Assembly: GCA_951406725.2 (NCBI GenBank)
Contig: OX597814.1
Coordinates: 170,996,001-171,060,000 of the forward strand
DNA length: 64,000 nucleotides
Source: Octopus vulgaris
Lineage: Eukaryota
Reading direction: 5' to 3'
Shown: piece by piece, positions 51,834 through 63,628 of the stretch
Layout of the letters: each line of letters opens with the position of its first letter
How positions within the stretch are numbered: the stretch's first letter is position 1
The notes under the pieces: generated by a model
Told to the model about the DNA's origin: nothing
The model's input: only the letters and a program-made list of their open reading frames with translations
Database searches by the model: none
Translations under genes and position numbers: made by a program

Positions 51834-52155
51834 AACAAGAGATTGGTTATAAGCCCCTCCATGCACTAGAAAAATAGATGCCTAAAGATGCTATTACCAC
51901 CTTAAAAACTCTGTAGACACTCGTCAGTTTATACTATGGAATATCGTTGCTAATGAGAGCAGTAGGTGTAAGTTTTTTTTACCTGAAGCTTGAAACAGGA
52001 TCTTGTACACGGTTAACCAAAAGTTCAATTCATTATCTTTCTTTTGCCCAACTATAGCCGTGTTTTATTTTTCGGAGTTTTCAAGGTGGTAATAATGTCT
52101 TTAGGCGTTTATTTTTCTTGTGTGTGTGTGGAGAGGCTCATAGCCATCACTTGTT
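51834..52155. repeat. Diverged inverted repeat of about 80 bp (51834-51913 / 52073-52155) enclosing a hammerhead-like motif
   Basis: AACAAGAGATTGGTTATAAGCCCCTCCA...GCCTAAAGATGCTATTACCACCTTAAAAACTCTG pairs with CGGAGTTTTCAAGGTGGTAATAATGTCTTTAGGC...TGGAGAGGCTCATAGCCATCACTTGTT. Confidence 0.85.
51943..52014 (+). ncRNA. Degenerate type I hammerhead-like motif (G5A)
   Basis: atcgttg CTAATGA GAGC...GCTT GAAA caggatcttg TA cacggt; stem III is near-palindromic. Confidence 0.45.
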
Positions 52156-52881
52156 AAAATATTTGCAAAATTTACCTACAAGATTTTTATTTCCGCACTA
52201 GTAAAATCATAAATGATTTTTTTACCCTTTATTATAATACACACACACACACACAAATAAATACAAGAGCTAAGGAATAGAGTAGATAATATCTGGGCTA
52301 CATATGTTTCATAGTGAGTGGAAACTCAGAAGTGGAAAATGAAATCCACAACCTTCCAGCCTCAACAAACCACTATTGTTCCTGAAAGTTGCTTTTTGTA
52401 TTTCCTATGATTTGCTTGAAGCTAACCTTCTTTCTACACCTCAATCCTTGGATCTTGCATTTATATATGTACACACACACACACTCTCTCTCTCTCTCTT
52501 TCTCTCTCTGCCACACCTCAGCTTAATGTTGGCAATTGGTTCCAAGACATACTACACTTGAAACAATGTAAATTGAAGTATGCCTGCATGCATGTGTATA
52601 TACTTGCAATATGGAGATATTACACATTACGCAGCACAATATGAAACTAGGTAGGAAAATACTAGAAGAAAATACATACTATATTCATATCACCAACATA
52701 CACATCAGAAAAATTAACACATGGTTACTGCAGTGGAACCAAGAGTGGTAGCTATTACAGCCTCAACTACGACTGCCCAACTGCCAGCTGCCGTCAGCAT
52801 TCATAAGAGAAGTGGTAAACGCATTGGCTGGAGCCAGGTCTACCCATTCCAAGTATAAGTAGGCTACTAATATAGAAAATT

Positions 52882-53109
52882 TTAACACTTTTGTTACTGT
52901 ATTTATTTTGAGATACTCTGTATTTCTTTCAATTACTTTAAGTATAACAAAGAAATTAGTAAAATAACATAGTTATCATTAAGCTAGTGTTAGGAACATA
53001 AATTGTGACTGAAGGTTTGGTGAAAGATTTTAATTTAAAACTTATGAAAACAAGACATTTGTACTAGAGCCAGAGCTGGTTTCAGCTGGGTTGGTAACGA
53101 AAGGGTTAA
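52882..53109 (+). mobile_element. TTAA-flanked piggyBac-like MITE, family P1
   Basis: TIRs TTAACACTTTTGTTAC / GTAACGAAAGGGTTAA; homologous copies at 58250 and 62279. Confidence 0.85.
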
Positions 53110-53639
53110 AGACCCAATGGCCAAAATTTGACTATAACAAACAAATCAACACAATGCCATTGATGCATTACGCTAATGGCCTAACACATTTGGTGGGAAA
53201 GTCTACACAAATTCAATCAGTATAGGAAAAGCAACACAATCATTGAATACATTCAATTCAATTCAGTTCAGTTCTTGAGATTGTGAAGGTCTATAAATGT
53301 TGGATATGGACTTAGGAACTCTACTGTTACAAACCAACTTTAAAAAGTTTAATTAGAAAATATGAAAAAAATCTCAAATATGAAAAATAAAACTTGAACA
53401 TAGAGTGTATTTAATAAAACGCACTTGTGTGTGTGTGTGTGTGTGAAAGAGAGAGAGATAGATAGGGAGAGTGGGTTGAGCATCTATATCCACTTGGAAC
53501 ACATATTGCAGGGTTCCAAACAACTATAATGGTAAAACACACAGGAACTGAAATATAAACTTCTGATTTTATCCTTACTTCTCGCTCTCCAATTTGTATC
53601 ACATCTAAACTAACTATGACTTATGTATCTCCTCACACC

Positions 53640-53691
53640 GTCTCCGATGAAGGGATATAATTAATAAATATCCTGGAAACAGCTGTAAGAC
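53640..53691 (+). ncRNA. Minimal type I hammerhead-like ribozyme (Penelope-type)
   Basis: Stem I GTCT/AGAC, core CCGATGA, stem II GGATAT/ATATCC, GAAA, palindromic stem III ACAGCTGT, predicted cut after GUA (53687). Confidence 0.65.
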
Positions 53692-56600
53692 CTTCTATCT
53701 ATAAATGCTCTAATATCTAACGGCCTTGGTTTTTTATCTTATTACGCAAAAAATTCTTATATAGATATATACATACACACAAACTCACATATATAAGAGA
53801 TACACACACACACACATATATATACATATATGTATATGAGAGATAGAGAGAAGTAATATGTGTGTGTGTGTGTGTAGACAATCAGACAGATACATGTGTG
53901 TGTACTTGTTCGATTCCGTGTAAAGTATTTATTTCTCTGGTATTTCGAATAAGGAGTTGCTTAATGGCCAGATATATTTTAGAAGCAGATGTAGATAATG
54001 ACACTACCTAATTCGACAACATTACTTTTTATGCAGTGTGTAAACAAAGCCAAGACAGAAATCAAAAAGCTGTGTGTGTGTGTGTGTGCATGCATGCATG
54101 CACACAACTGTGCAATTAAGACATTTATTTTGCAACCCACATGGTTTCATATTAGTTCTCGCAGTGTAGCAAATAAGGGAAAATATCTTTTACTATAACC
54201 TTGGTCTGAGCGATGTCTTGTGAGTGAAATTGGTAGAGAGAAACTATACAGACGTCCATGGTGTGTGTGTATGCTTTTATAAAATACATGCATTCATTTC
54301 CCAATTCATTCGTCATGCATTTGTGTGAGTCTGTGATTCCATGTTCTTTCAAATGAAGATAAAACAGTACTTTGTCAATTTTTCAGAGTTCCTCAGGTGC
54401 CATGTTCTTCATATATTAAAACTTCACTCCATGTGTTTGCTCTTGGACATATACACACTGTGCGTGCTCATATTGTGTGTGTGTGTGAAAGAGAGAGAGT
54501 GTGTGCGTGTGTGTAAGGGAATGGTGAAGATGAAAAAAAAATGAAAGAATGAGAAAGGAAAGAAAGAAAATACTAAAGCAGAATAAATATAGTCGCCATC
54601 TGATTAACAGAAAATATCAATATTCTTAGTTTAGAAGTATATATTTTGACATTAACAAGAGTAGTAGTAGTAGTAGTATCAGCAACATTAAATAGGAGAA
54701 GTAGTAGTAGTAGTAGTAGTAGTATCAGTAGTTGAAGTATGAGTAGATATATCAATAATTACAGGGGAATGCTTGGTGTTTGGTTTGATTACATAGGCAC
54801 AGCTGGTGTAAACTAACATCAAAGTTGATTACAAAAAAAAAAGCAAAAAAAAAGCTAATAGACAAGAAAAACAACAAAATTTTTATGTTTGTCCAGATAT
54901 CTTTTCAAGTCATATTTATGGAACAGACAGTTACATTTATCTTTAGTTAAAAAAAAAAAAGAAAAAAAAAAAAGAAAATCTATCAGTCTCATTGATTGTG
55001 ACCACAGTGAAGTGATATGCTTTGTCACTCACAATGTCAAAAAAAAAAAAAAAAAACCAGCTTAAAATGTTAGGCTACTATATATCCTTTAAATCCTGTC
55101 TTGAAAATCTCTAATTCTGTGATGTTTTTTAAAGCAACGCATGTGGTCAGAAAGGCACAGAAAGTTACATATGAAAAATATTTCTTTTATTGATCGGTGT
55201 TACTGGTGCTTAATCAAATATATTATATGCATACTATGGCTGGCTAAGTTTTAGAACTAGCGCCATTACATTCTCTTTGGTTTATCCTTCCAGTACCCAA
55301 CCCATTTTTACAATGTCTTTTTATATTTTTTTTCAAATGTTATCTATCAAAAGTTGGGTGTGTTTGTAAAAATCGTCCATTTGCCCAATTTCTAAGAGCA
55401 GATGTTCTATTATCACATGCTCTAACATCAACTTAAAGTGATACAGATACCAACCAACCAACTCTTCCAGCTAGACAAGAAAAACAGTGCACAAATGTAT
55501 AACACCCTCAGTTACAGATTATATTATTGTTATTGTTATTATTAAGGCACTGAGCTGACAGAGGAATGTTAGCATGTTGGACAAAATGCCTAGCAGCATT
55601 TCGCCCTTCTTTACGTTCTGAGATCAAATTCCAAAGTCAACTTTGCCTTTCATTCTTTGAAGTACCAGCTGAGCAATTGGGTCAATGTAATTAATTATCT
55701 TCCTCCCTCAACATTTCAGGCCTTGTGTCAATTTTACTTTTTTTTTTTAGAAATATTTAAGTGAATGTAAAAGTGTGTGAGTGAGTGAATGTGTGTGTAC
55801 ATGCATGTGTGTGACATTTGCTGGCCCTTTCAAACTTGTAAGGATTCACAGCTGAATTCTATAACATGTTGGTAGAAACAGATTTATAGGGCTTACTGCT
55901 CTGGGAAAGAATAGTTGGGAGAAATATAAAATGTCTAAGGAGGAGCCACAAGGCGGGGTCAGGGAAAAGTGATGTGCAGCTTGTTAGTGGTTCAAAGGAG
56001 CTATGAACAACAAGTAAAGAATATTATCGACATGTGCCAGATGGCCTCATTGGAATGTTTGCTATGGTGTAGCAGCAGCAACGTACCATATACACCAATA
56101 AGCAACCTACACCTGTACCGTTTGCTTTCCTTTTTTTTTTTTATGTCAGGAGGGACTGATATGTCAGTGCACATGTAGCTATTCTATTATAAGGACAATG
56201 CCTGAAATTTGGAGGCAAGGAAACCAGTCAATTAAGATCAAACCAGTGCTAAGTTGGTACTTATTTTTATCAACCTTGAAAAGATGAAAAATGCAAAGTT
56301 GAGACCTTGATGCAATTTTAACTCAGAACATAACCCAGAAGCAATGCCACAAAGAATTTAGTCCAGCATGCAAATGATTCTGTCAGGTCACCACCTTTAT
56401 CAATGCACAGATAACTACACACACATACCACATGTACACAGAAGGTAAACATCTTAGCTTTCGAATTACAAATCTATTTGAAGACACTGAAAATTCTGCA
56501 ACACCATAAATTCTGACCAGAGAATATACATGTATTACATATAAATAGCACTGGAGTGGGGTAGGGAAAATGTTATGGAGTGAGCTACTACAACTACTAC

Positions 56601-57181
56601 TACTATCACTACTGCTATAACAACAACATGGAATAATAAATATTCCCACAAGCCAGAAATCTGTCTGGGTTATAGAGTTGAGGACAAATACCCCCAGAAC
56701 AGTTAGCACGTAAGTAGGTATCGTGGTATTGATCTTATATAAGAACTGATGATTATATTGATAATACTTCCAATAAGGGGAGAGGCAATGAATGGGAAGC
56801 GCGGGGGGGGGGGGGGACAGAGAGGAAAGACAAAAATGAGAAGCTGAGTAAATCATCATCATCGTTTAGCATCTGCATTCCATGCAGGTATGGGTAAGAC
56901 TGCTGGCATGGGATGATGTAGAAAAAAAAAAGAAAAAAAGAGAAGAGAGTGAGAGAATAACGAAAACTGTGTGGAAAGACTGAGAAGAAAAGAATACGAA
57001 TGTGAGGAAATAAGAAAGTGAGAGAAAGAGGAATAAGGAGATAGTGACAGAGAACAAGCATAAGAGACTACAGAAATGGTGGAAAAAAAACAAAAAAACA
57101 AGAATAAAAGAATAAGGAAATAGTGAAAAAGAACGAGAATAAGTGAATAAAATAAATGGCTAGCAGAAGTCAAAAAAAATG

Positions 57182-57213
<32 letters not shown>

Positions 57214-58249
57214 CAGTGTCTTCTTTGCTTAATGGTGAGATGGCAACCATTTGAAATAATTTCCTTGAATTAAGACAATTCCCAAGAAGACCACAATATT
57301 TCAGAACCCTTTCAAGGGAAAGTCCAATATGACATAAGATTTGCTTGCTGCCATCATCATATGCTTAGGCAAGCAGCTAGCTACCTAGCTACTCTTTCCA
57401 GTCGGAATGTAGAAGATGGCTAGGCTCAGCAGCTCTCTTATTGCAGAGAGCATTTAACAATTTAACAACACAAGTTCTGCCATTGTCTCTCTTCCTTTTC
57501 TTTCTTGTAAAAGCGTTAAAAGCACTACGCTAATTGGAAATTGGGAAAAATCTTTTTCGCTGTGTGTCCTCTAATAGAGGGGAAATTTGATTCATAGCCT
57601 TGATATCTCGGATTTTCTTCCGTACTGGATGAGAAACAGGGAAAGTGGGTTTGAAGAAAAGAGAGTAAGAAAAGAAAATGAAAGAGAAGAATAACTGAAG
57701 GGCAGGGAGATAACAAAAGAATGAAAAGAAGAAAGGAGCAGATGAAGAAGGATGAAAAGATCAAGATAGAAGCAGACGAAGAGAAAGAAAACAGAAAGGG
57801 TGGGGGTGGGGGGGACAAAGTACATTTTTAGTTTTTCCCATTACCTATCTTTTTTTTACCTGTCTCAGTCACAGGGCTGTGGCAGTGCTGGCACACCATG
57901 AAAGGCTTAGTCAAATAAATTAAAACCAGTACATTTCCCCCCACCCCCTCCAATCTGGTATTTATTCTATCAGTCTTTCTTACCAAACCACTAAGTTACA
58001 GGAATGTAAACAAACCAAAGCCAGTTGTCGAGCAGTGGAAGGGATAAACACAAAGAGAGAGAGAGAGAGACACACACACACACACACACACACACGATGA
58101 GCTTCCATACAGTTTCCAGCTTCCAAATTCACTCACAAGGCATAGGCTGGCCTGAGGCTATAGTAGAAGACATGTTCAATGTGCCTAGAACTAGGGTATC
58201 AGGTTATAACCAGTCTTATAACCTAGTTCTCTGTTCAGCTGCAAAAGTT

Positions 58250-58702
58250 TTAACCTTGTATATTCCAAGCACTATAACTATTTTCATTTGATAAATCCAC
58301 ACCGGAATAAGGAATTTAGTAAAAGTAACTCAGTTATCATTCAGCTAATGTTAGGAACATAAATTGTGACTAAGATTCGGTGGAAGATTTTAATTCAAAA
58401 CTTATGAAAACAAGACAATCATATTTCATCTCAATCGAAGGAGAGGAGCTTTCTCCGTCCGGGTTGCGGATCCGTGGAACAAGCTGCCAGACAAGATGGT
58501 GAAGATGCCGACGACCGCTTTGTTCAAAGTCTCCCTTGACCTCAAGTGGCCTGAACCCTTTACATGAACACCACCCTGTACTTAACTCCATGTCCCCCTA
58601 CATGGCCTTGCTATTTGCTTTTGAGCCAAATTAACTAACTAACTAACTAACATATTACAGAGTCAGAGCCGATTTCAGCTGGGTTGGTAATGAAAGGGTT
58701 AA
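58250..58702 (+). mobile_element. P1 MITE interrupted by a CR1 fragment
   Basis: The P1 consensus breaks at CAAGACAAT (58419) and resumes at ACAGAGTCAGAGCC (58657); ends GAAAGGGTTAA. Confidence 0.8.
58426..58650 (+). mobile_element. 5'-truncated CR1-clade LINE 3' end with (CTAA)n tail and 6-bp TSD
   Basis: Translates HLNRRRGAFSVRVADPWNKLPDKMVKMPTTALFKVSLDLKWPEPFT* (stop 58565-58567), the CR1 ORF2 C-terminal FS.RV...WN.LP......FK..LD motif. TSD CATATT at 58420-58425 and 58651-58656. Confidence 0.92.
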
Positions 58703-58723
58703 TAATGCCTAAAAGGAAGGGAG

Positions 58724-58760
58724 TTAAAACGTTTCAGACAACAGTCCTTCGTCAGGAGAA
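58724..58760 (-). ncRNA. Hammerhead-like core without a convincing stem I
   Basis: Minus strand CTGACGA a GGAC tgtt GTCT GAAA cgtt. Confidence 0.4.
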
Positions 58761-59604
58761 AGGGAGTAACAAGAATAGTGAGAAAGAGAAACAGCCAGGG
58801 AGGAGGAGGAGGAGTGTGTTACTGCAAGTATAAGAGTGCATCTGTATTTGGAGATGAACAATGTGGTGGAGTGTGTGTGTGTGTGTAGAAGTGAGCAGAT
58901 ACAGAAGCATATTGCTGTAGGCTTGTGTGTGTGTGAGTAATCGCTAAGCATGAGTTCAGAAAACATGGGTAGGAGGAAGTGGGGAATGGGTGCAAGTGTA
59001 AGGAAAAAAGAAAGGCAGCAAGAGAAATGTGAAAGGTGTGATAGAGGCAAGTGTGTGTGTGCAAGGACATGAGCATTAAACATGGTTACATGTTTATGAA
59101 TAAAGATAGATTTATGTATCTATCTGTATATAAAACCATGCATGCACAAATATATCTATATACATGCATATGCATGCACATGTGTGTGTGTGTGTATATA
59201 TATATATGTATGCGTATATATATATATATACATATATACGCACACACACACACATAAATGTATATGTATTAAAAAGACAGGAGGCAAAAACTGTGTTGAC
59301 AAAGAGAAAAACAAGAGAAAATGCAAAAAAAAAAAAAAGAAAAAGGAACTTCTACACAATACAAAACATTTTATAAAAAGAAAAAAAAACAAAAACAAAT
59401 AACAAAGGACAAAACTAAAGATTTGTAAATTAACAAAGCTATCTTCTGAATATCTAGATCTCAGAAATTAAGCTGTGAGGCAGCAAATAAGATTCCAGCT
59501 TGGTTATGGAAATTCCTCAAATGAAGATGATATTGCTGATATTCGCTTTGGTTCTTATTTACATTTTCCAAATGTGAAGAAAGTATTAAAAGGAAAAAAG
59601 AAAC

Positions 59605-60030
59605 TGATGATGATGGCGGTGATGATGATGATGATGATGATGTGCAGGAGGAGAATGATTATAGTGATGATGATGATGATGATAAGATGACGATAGTGAT
59701 GGCGATGGTGGTGGTGGTGATCATCATCATCATCATCGTTTAACGTGATGATGATAATGATACTGACAACGATAATGATATAACTGACAATGATAATGAT
59801 AACCATAATGATACTATGACGATGATAATGATATTACAGACAATGATGGTGATAACGATAATGATATTACAGATGATGATGATGATGATGACGACGATAA
59901 TGCTATTATTACAGACAATGATAATGATATTAGAGACAATGTTGATAGTGAGGATAACAATAAGCAAGGAACTGTCTCTAAGAACCGAAGAGGAAGCACC
60001 AGCAGCAGCAGCACCAGCAGCAGCAATAAC
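59605..60030. repeat. Long degenerate (GAT/AAT/GAC)n trinucleotide region
   Basis: Visible directly; it generates the poly-M/I/D ORFs. Confidence 0.9.
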
Positions 60031-60721
60031 AGAAGAAATTGGATGATACACAAGAAGAGATAAGACATTTCAAATTAATGTAGTTTAATGTTTAATAAAT
60101 AAACAAGTGCACAGAAGAAGCAGAGTAAATAAAAGAATAAAAACTAAGAGAGCACATGAAATGCAATTAAATGATGCAGGTGAGAGAAGATGAGTAGGAA
60201 AACAGAAGAAACAAAGGAAGAAGATGGAAGCGGGGTGTAGGAGAACACGAAGCAGCAAAATTTATTGGGCGAGAAAGGTGAGAGAGAAGGGGGGGGAAAA
60301 GATATCTGAGAGAGAGATAGGGAGAAAGACATCTGAGAAAGAGAAATTATGGAGAAAGTCTTGAAGGAAAGAAATAGCTTCTAGTAAAGACACAGGGCCG
60401 GCAATTTTAAGTAGAAGTGTTATTCGATTTACACCAATCCCAGTACTTGACTGGAAATTTTATTTTTATCAACGGTGGAAGATAGAAAGGTAAAAATTAC
60501 CTTAGCAAGATTTGAACTCGAAACATAAAGAGTCACAACAAATACCACAAGGCACCTCGTATGATGCTCTTACGAAATCTGCCAATTCACCACCCTAGGC
60601 AGAAGATCAAACTTGACTAGTATTTATTTTCATAGTAAGACTAATTAATATATAGATAGATAGATAGATCGTTAGCCACTACACACATTTTTTTTTCTCT
60701 CCTTGTTTTTTTTCTGTGTCC

Positions 60722-60757
60722 CCTTCTGTAGAAGAGCATAGGCTCGAAACGTAAAAG
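60722..60757 (+). ncRNA. Minimal hammerhead-like motif (core CTGTAGA) in a Penelope-like terminal repeat (about 60670-60845)
   Basis: cctt CTGTAGA a GAGC atag GCTC GAAA cgta aaag. The downstream part recurs inverted at about 38480-38527. Confidence 0.55.
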
Positions 60758-60842
60758 ACTTTTTCTATTCCTGAGCGTTAAACTAATACATCTGTTTGTT
60801 TTGTACCACCTGTCTTCGTCTTTTGCTTTTTTCGTAAACTCT

Positions 60843-60881
<39 letters not shown>

Positions 60882-61333
60882 ATTAAAACAATGAAGAAAA
60901 AAGAGAAAAAAGGAAAAAAATATGAAGTCGTAGCACATGCAAAGTATTAATAAAATGGTCAGAGAAGGAAAGTGTGGTTGTTTTACGTTTTGAGCATAGC
61001 TCTTCTTCGGAAACAGGAGAAAGGAAATTCCAAAAGAAAAAGAAGAAGGAAGAAAAAGTCGCCAACAGCGCAAATGTAGTTACACACACACACTGGTGTA
61101 GGTATGGCTGTGTGGTTAAGAAGTCTGCTTCTCAATCACATGGTTTTGGGTTCAAGACCAACCAAAATCTTGAGAATGGTTTTGGAAAACAAAAAACTGA
61201 AAGAAACTATATACATATATGATACAATATCTGTACATCACCTCAAAAACTCTCTATATATTTTATGTAATATAATATATATATAATGTATGCACATACA
61301 CATTTATTAAGCATTGTCTGATTATGCATAAAT

Positions 61334-61530
61334 GCTTTAAATATCTTCTTTTAAATCTAAAACAATGCAAGTTATAAAAAGTTTATTAAAACAGATCAAT
61401 GGTTAGTCCATTACCTGATATTTCAATATTCCAGGGTTAGGACCCCTTCTTCAGGAAATTTATGGAGAAAAGGTGTATTATAAATTTTTAATAACTTGCA
61501 TTGTTCTGGCTTTAAAACAATATTTAAAGC
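61334..61530. repeat. Inverted repeat of about 55 bp (61334-61388 / 61476-61530) enclosing a minus-strand hammerhead-like core
   Basis: GCTTTAAATAT...AACAATGCAAGTTAT pairs with ATAACTTGCATTGTT...ATATTTAAAGC. The spacer minus strand reads CTGAAGA aGGGG tccta ACCCT GGAA tattgaaatatc. Confidence 0.75.
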
Positions 61531-61802
61531 CTCAACCCCATATATGAGAGAGTTATTTGCATGCATTTACGGACACTATTCTCATTGAATATATGAGTTC
61601 AGAGATAATCAATGAAAAAGATCTGCTGCATCGCCAAAAGTAATCAGTATTAAGGTTACCCACTGCTTTATTCTGTTATAGTAATTGGCTTTTAAAACCT
61701 TGTATACCCTTAGCTGAAATGACCACAACTGCAGCTTTTGGAAGTATATTCTATGTGTTGATAGCCAAGTGCAAATAACTCCTGTGGGATATGTTTGTCT
61801 TA

Positions 61803-61856
61803 ATCTGCTGATGAGTACCAAGAAATATAAGTACCGAATACACGAGACGTTCAGAT
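61803..61856 (+). ncRNA. Type I hammerhead-like motif (A14G)
   Basis: Stem I ATCTG/CAGAT, core CTGATGA, weak stem II GT...AC, GAGA in place of GAAA, ACGT palindrome, GUU site. Confidence 0.5.
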
Positions 61857-62278
61857 CCAAATGTGTAATCCTGTTTACATATGAGAAAATGTATATCAGA
61901 ATCTACACACTGCTAACAGAAGGATCTATTGAGCACTTCAATGTTTTTGTATCACAATATAAACAGCATCAGTATGTACATAGACACACCCACATTTAAA
62001 TTCGTATATACTGAACTAAAATTTAAATCCACACTGCCTTTGTTTTAATTCTTCATCTTTAAAACAATAAAGAATTTAGTAAAATAAATTGGGTGATTAT
62101 CAAGCTAGTATTAAGAAGGTAAACTAATGTGGAATTTTAATGAAAAGTTAGAATTTAAATCACTTCAAAATAGGTCACATGTATCATATAACCAGAGGTG
62201 GTCTCCAGTGAACTGGTATGAAAAGTGGAAAATTCATGGTACTTATAGGCACTGAAAACCCAGTACTACACCTCACTC

Positions 62279-62503
62279 TTAATCCTTTCGTTACTGTATT
62301 TATTTTGAGATGTTCTGTTTCTTTCAATTACTTTAAATCTAACAAAGGATTGGGTAAAATAACTTCGTTATCATTCAGATAGAGTTAGGAACATAGATTG
62401 TGATTAAGGTTTGGTGGAAGATTTTAATTCAAAACTTTGAAAACAAGACATTTGTACTCTGAGCCAGAGCCAGTTGCAGCTGGGTTGGTATCAAAAGGGT
62501 TAA
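62279..62503 (+). mobile_element. TTAA-flanked piggyBac-like MITE, family P1
   Basis: TTAATCCTTTCGTTAC ... GGTATCAAAAGGGTTAA; an older related copy lies at about 62020-62225. Confidence 0.85.
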
Positions 62504-62583
62504 TTCATAATGATTAGTTTATTTTTGTTTTTATTTTTTTTTTTTAGATGCAAAGAATAAATACTAAAATATCTGTGAACTGT

Positions 62584-62936
62584 AGGTGCAGGATGGTTGT
62601 GTGAGTAAGAAGCTAATTCACAACAACATGGTTGCAGGTTCAGTCCTACTATGTGGCACTGTGTCTTCAACTATAAACTTGAACTGACCAATGCCCTGTG
62701 AGTGAATTTGGTAGATAGTAACTGTGAGGAAGCCCATCATATGTGTGTGCATTTTGTTTGTCAACAGGTGTTGTTTGTTTACATCTCCATAATGTAGTGG
62801 TTCAACAAAAGAGACTGACAGAATAAGTATTCAACTTCAAAAATTAAGTATTAGAGTCAATTTGTTCGACTAAACCCCTTGAAGCAGTGCTCCAGTATGG
62901 TTGCAATACAATGACTGAAACAAGTAAAAGATAAAA
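62584..62936 (+). mobile_element. Older family A SINE
   Basis: Head AGGTGCAGGATGGTTGTGTG, tail TGACTGAAACAAGTAAAAGATAAAAG. Confidence 0.8.
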
Positions 62937-63469
62937 GGAAAAAGATCCTCCAGCACTCTAGTATATACATTATTGATAATCTTGTTTAAATATAACATTC
63001 CGGATATCTGGGAATAATGTTACTTAACTAACAGGAGTGTGTTGTTAAGAGAGGGAAGAAAATATTCAAAAATGTAATTTAATTTTGCATATGGGCGATG
63101 GGGAAATCAACATCAGAATGAAATAATTATCTTCTGAAGAGAAACATCACTCAAAAATACACTTTGAAATTCAACAATTCATTGATTAGACATATATATG
63201 TATGACCTGCTAGTGTACCCACACACCACTCCTTTATTCTACTACTACTAGCCTGCTACCATGTTGTTCACCATACACACACACATGCACACACACACAC
63301 TGGTCATCTTCGCACACCTTCTTTACCATTCCGTCTTTGATATAGCTCTCCTGTTTTTTAAAAACATTTTCTTCTACTCTGACCACTTCCGTCTTTTAGT
63401 ATGTGACCTCGCGAGTACCACCGGCGATTTTTTTCCCCTGTCTTCCTTTCTCGGGACCTTTCCTTCTAT

Positions 63470-63504
63470 GTTTCCGACGAAGAGCTCCGCTCGAAACGTC
63501 AAAC
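63470..63504 (+). ncRNA. Minimal type I hammerhead-like ribozyme in a Penelope-like terminal repeat (about 63300-63590)
   Basis: Stem I GTTT/AAAC, core CCGACGA, extra A, stem II GAGC-tcc-GCTC, GAAA, ACGT palindrome, predicted cut after GUC (63500). Confidence 0.7.
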
Positions 63505-63585
63505 CCTCCTTCTTTCCTGAGCGTCCAATAATACTTTATTTGTTCCACGTCCTTGCGTTGTCTTTTTGTTTTCTTGTTTGGATTA

Positions 63586-63628
<43 letters not shown>

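Noticed and set aside
58631-58650. Telomeric repeat
   Set aside because: The unit is CTAA, not CCCTAA; it is the CR1 tail.
63134-63158. Additional hammerhead core CTGAAGA
   Set aside because: No intact stem II, no GAAA at the right spacing and no stem I.
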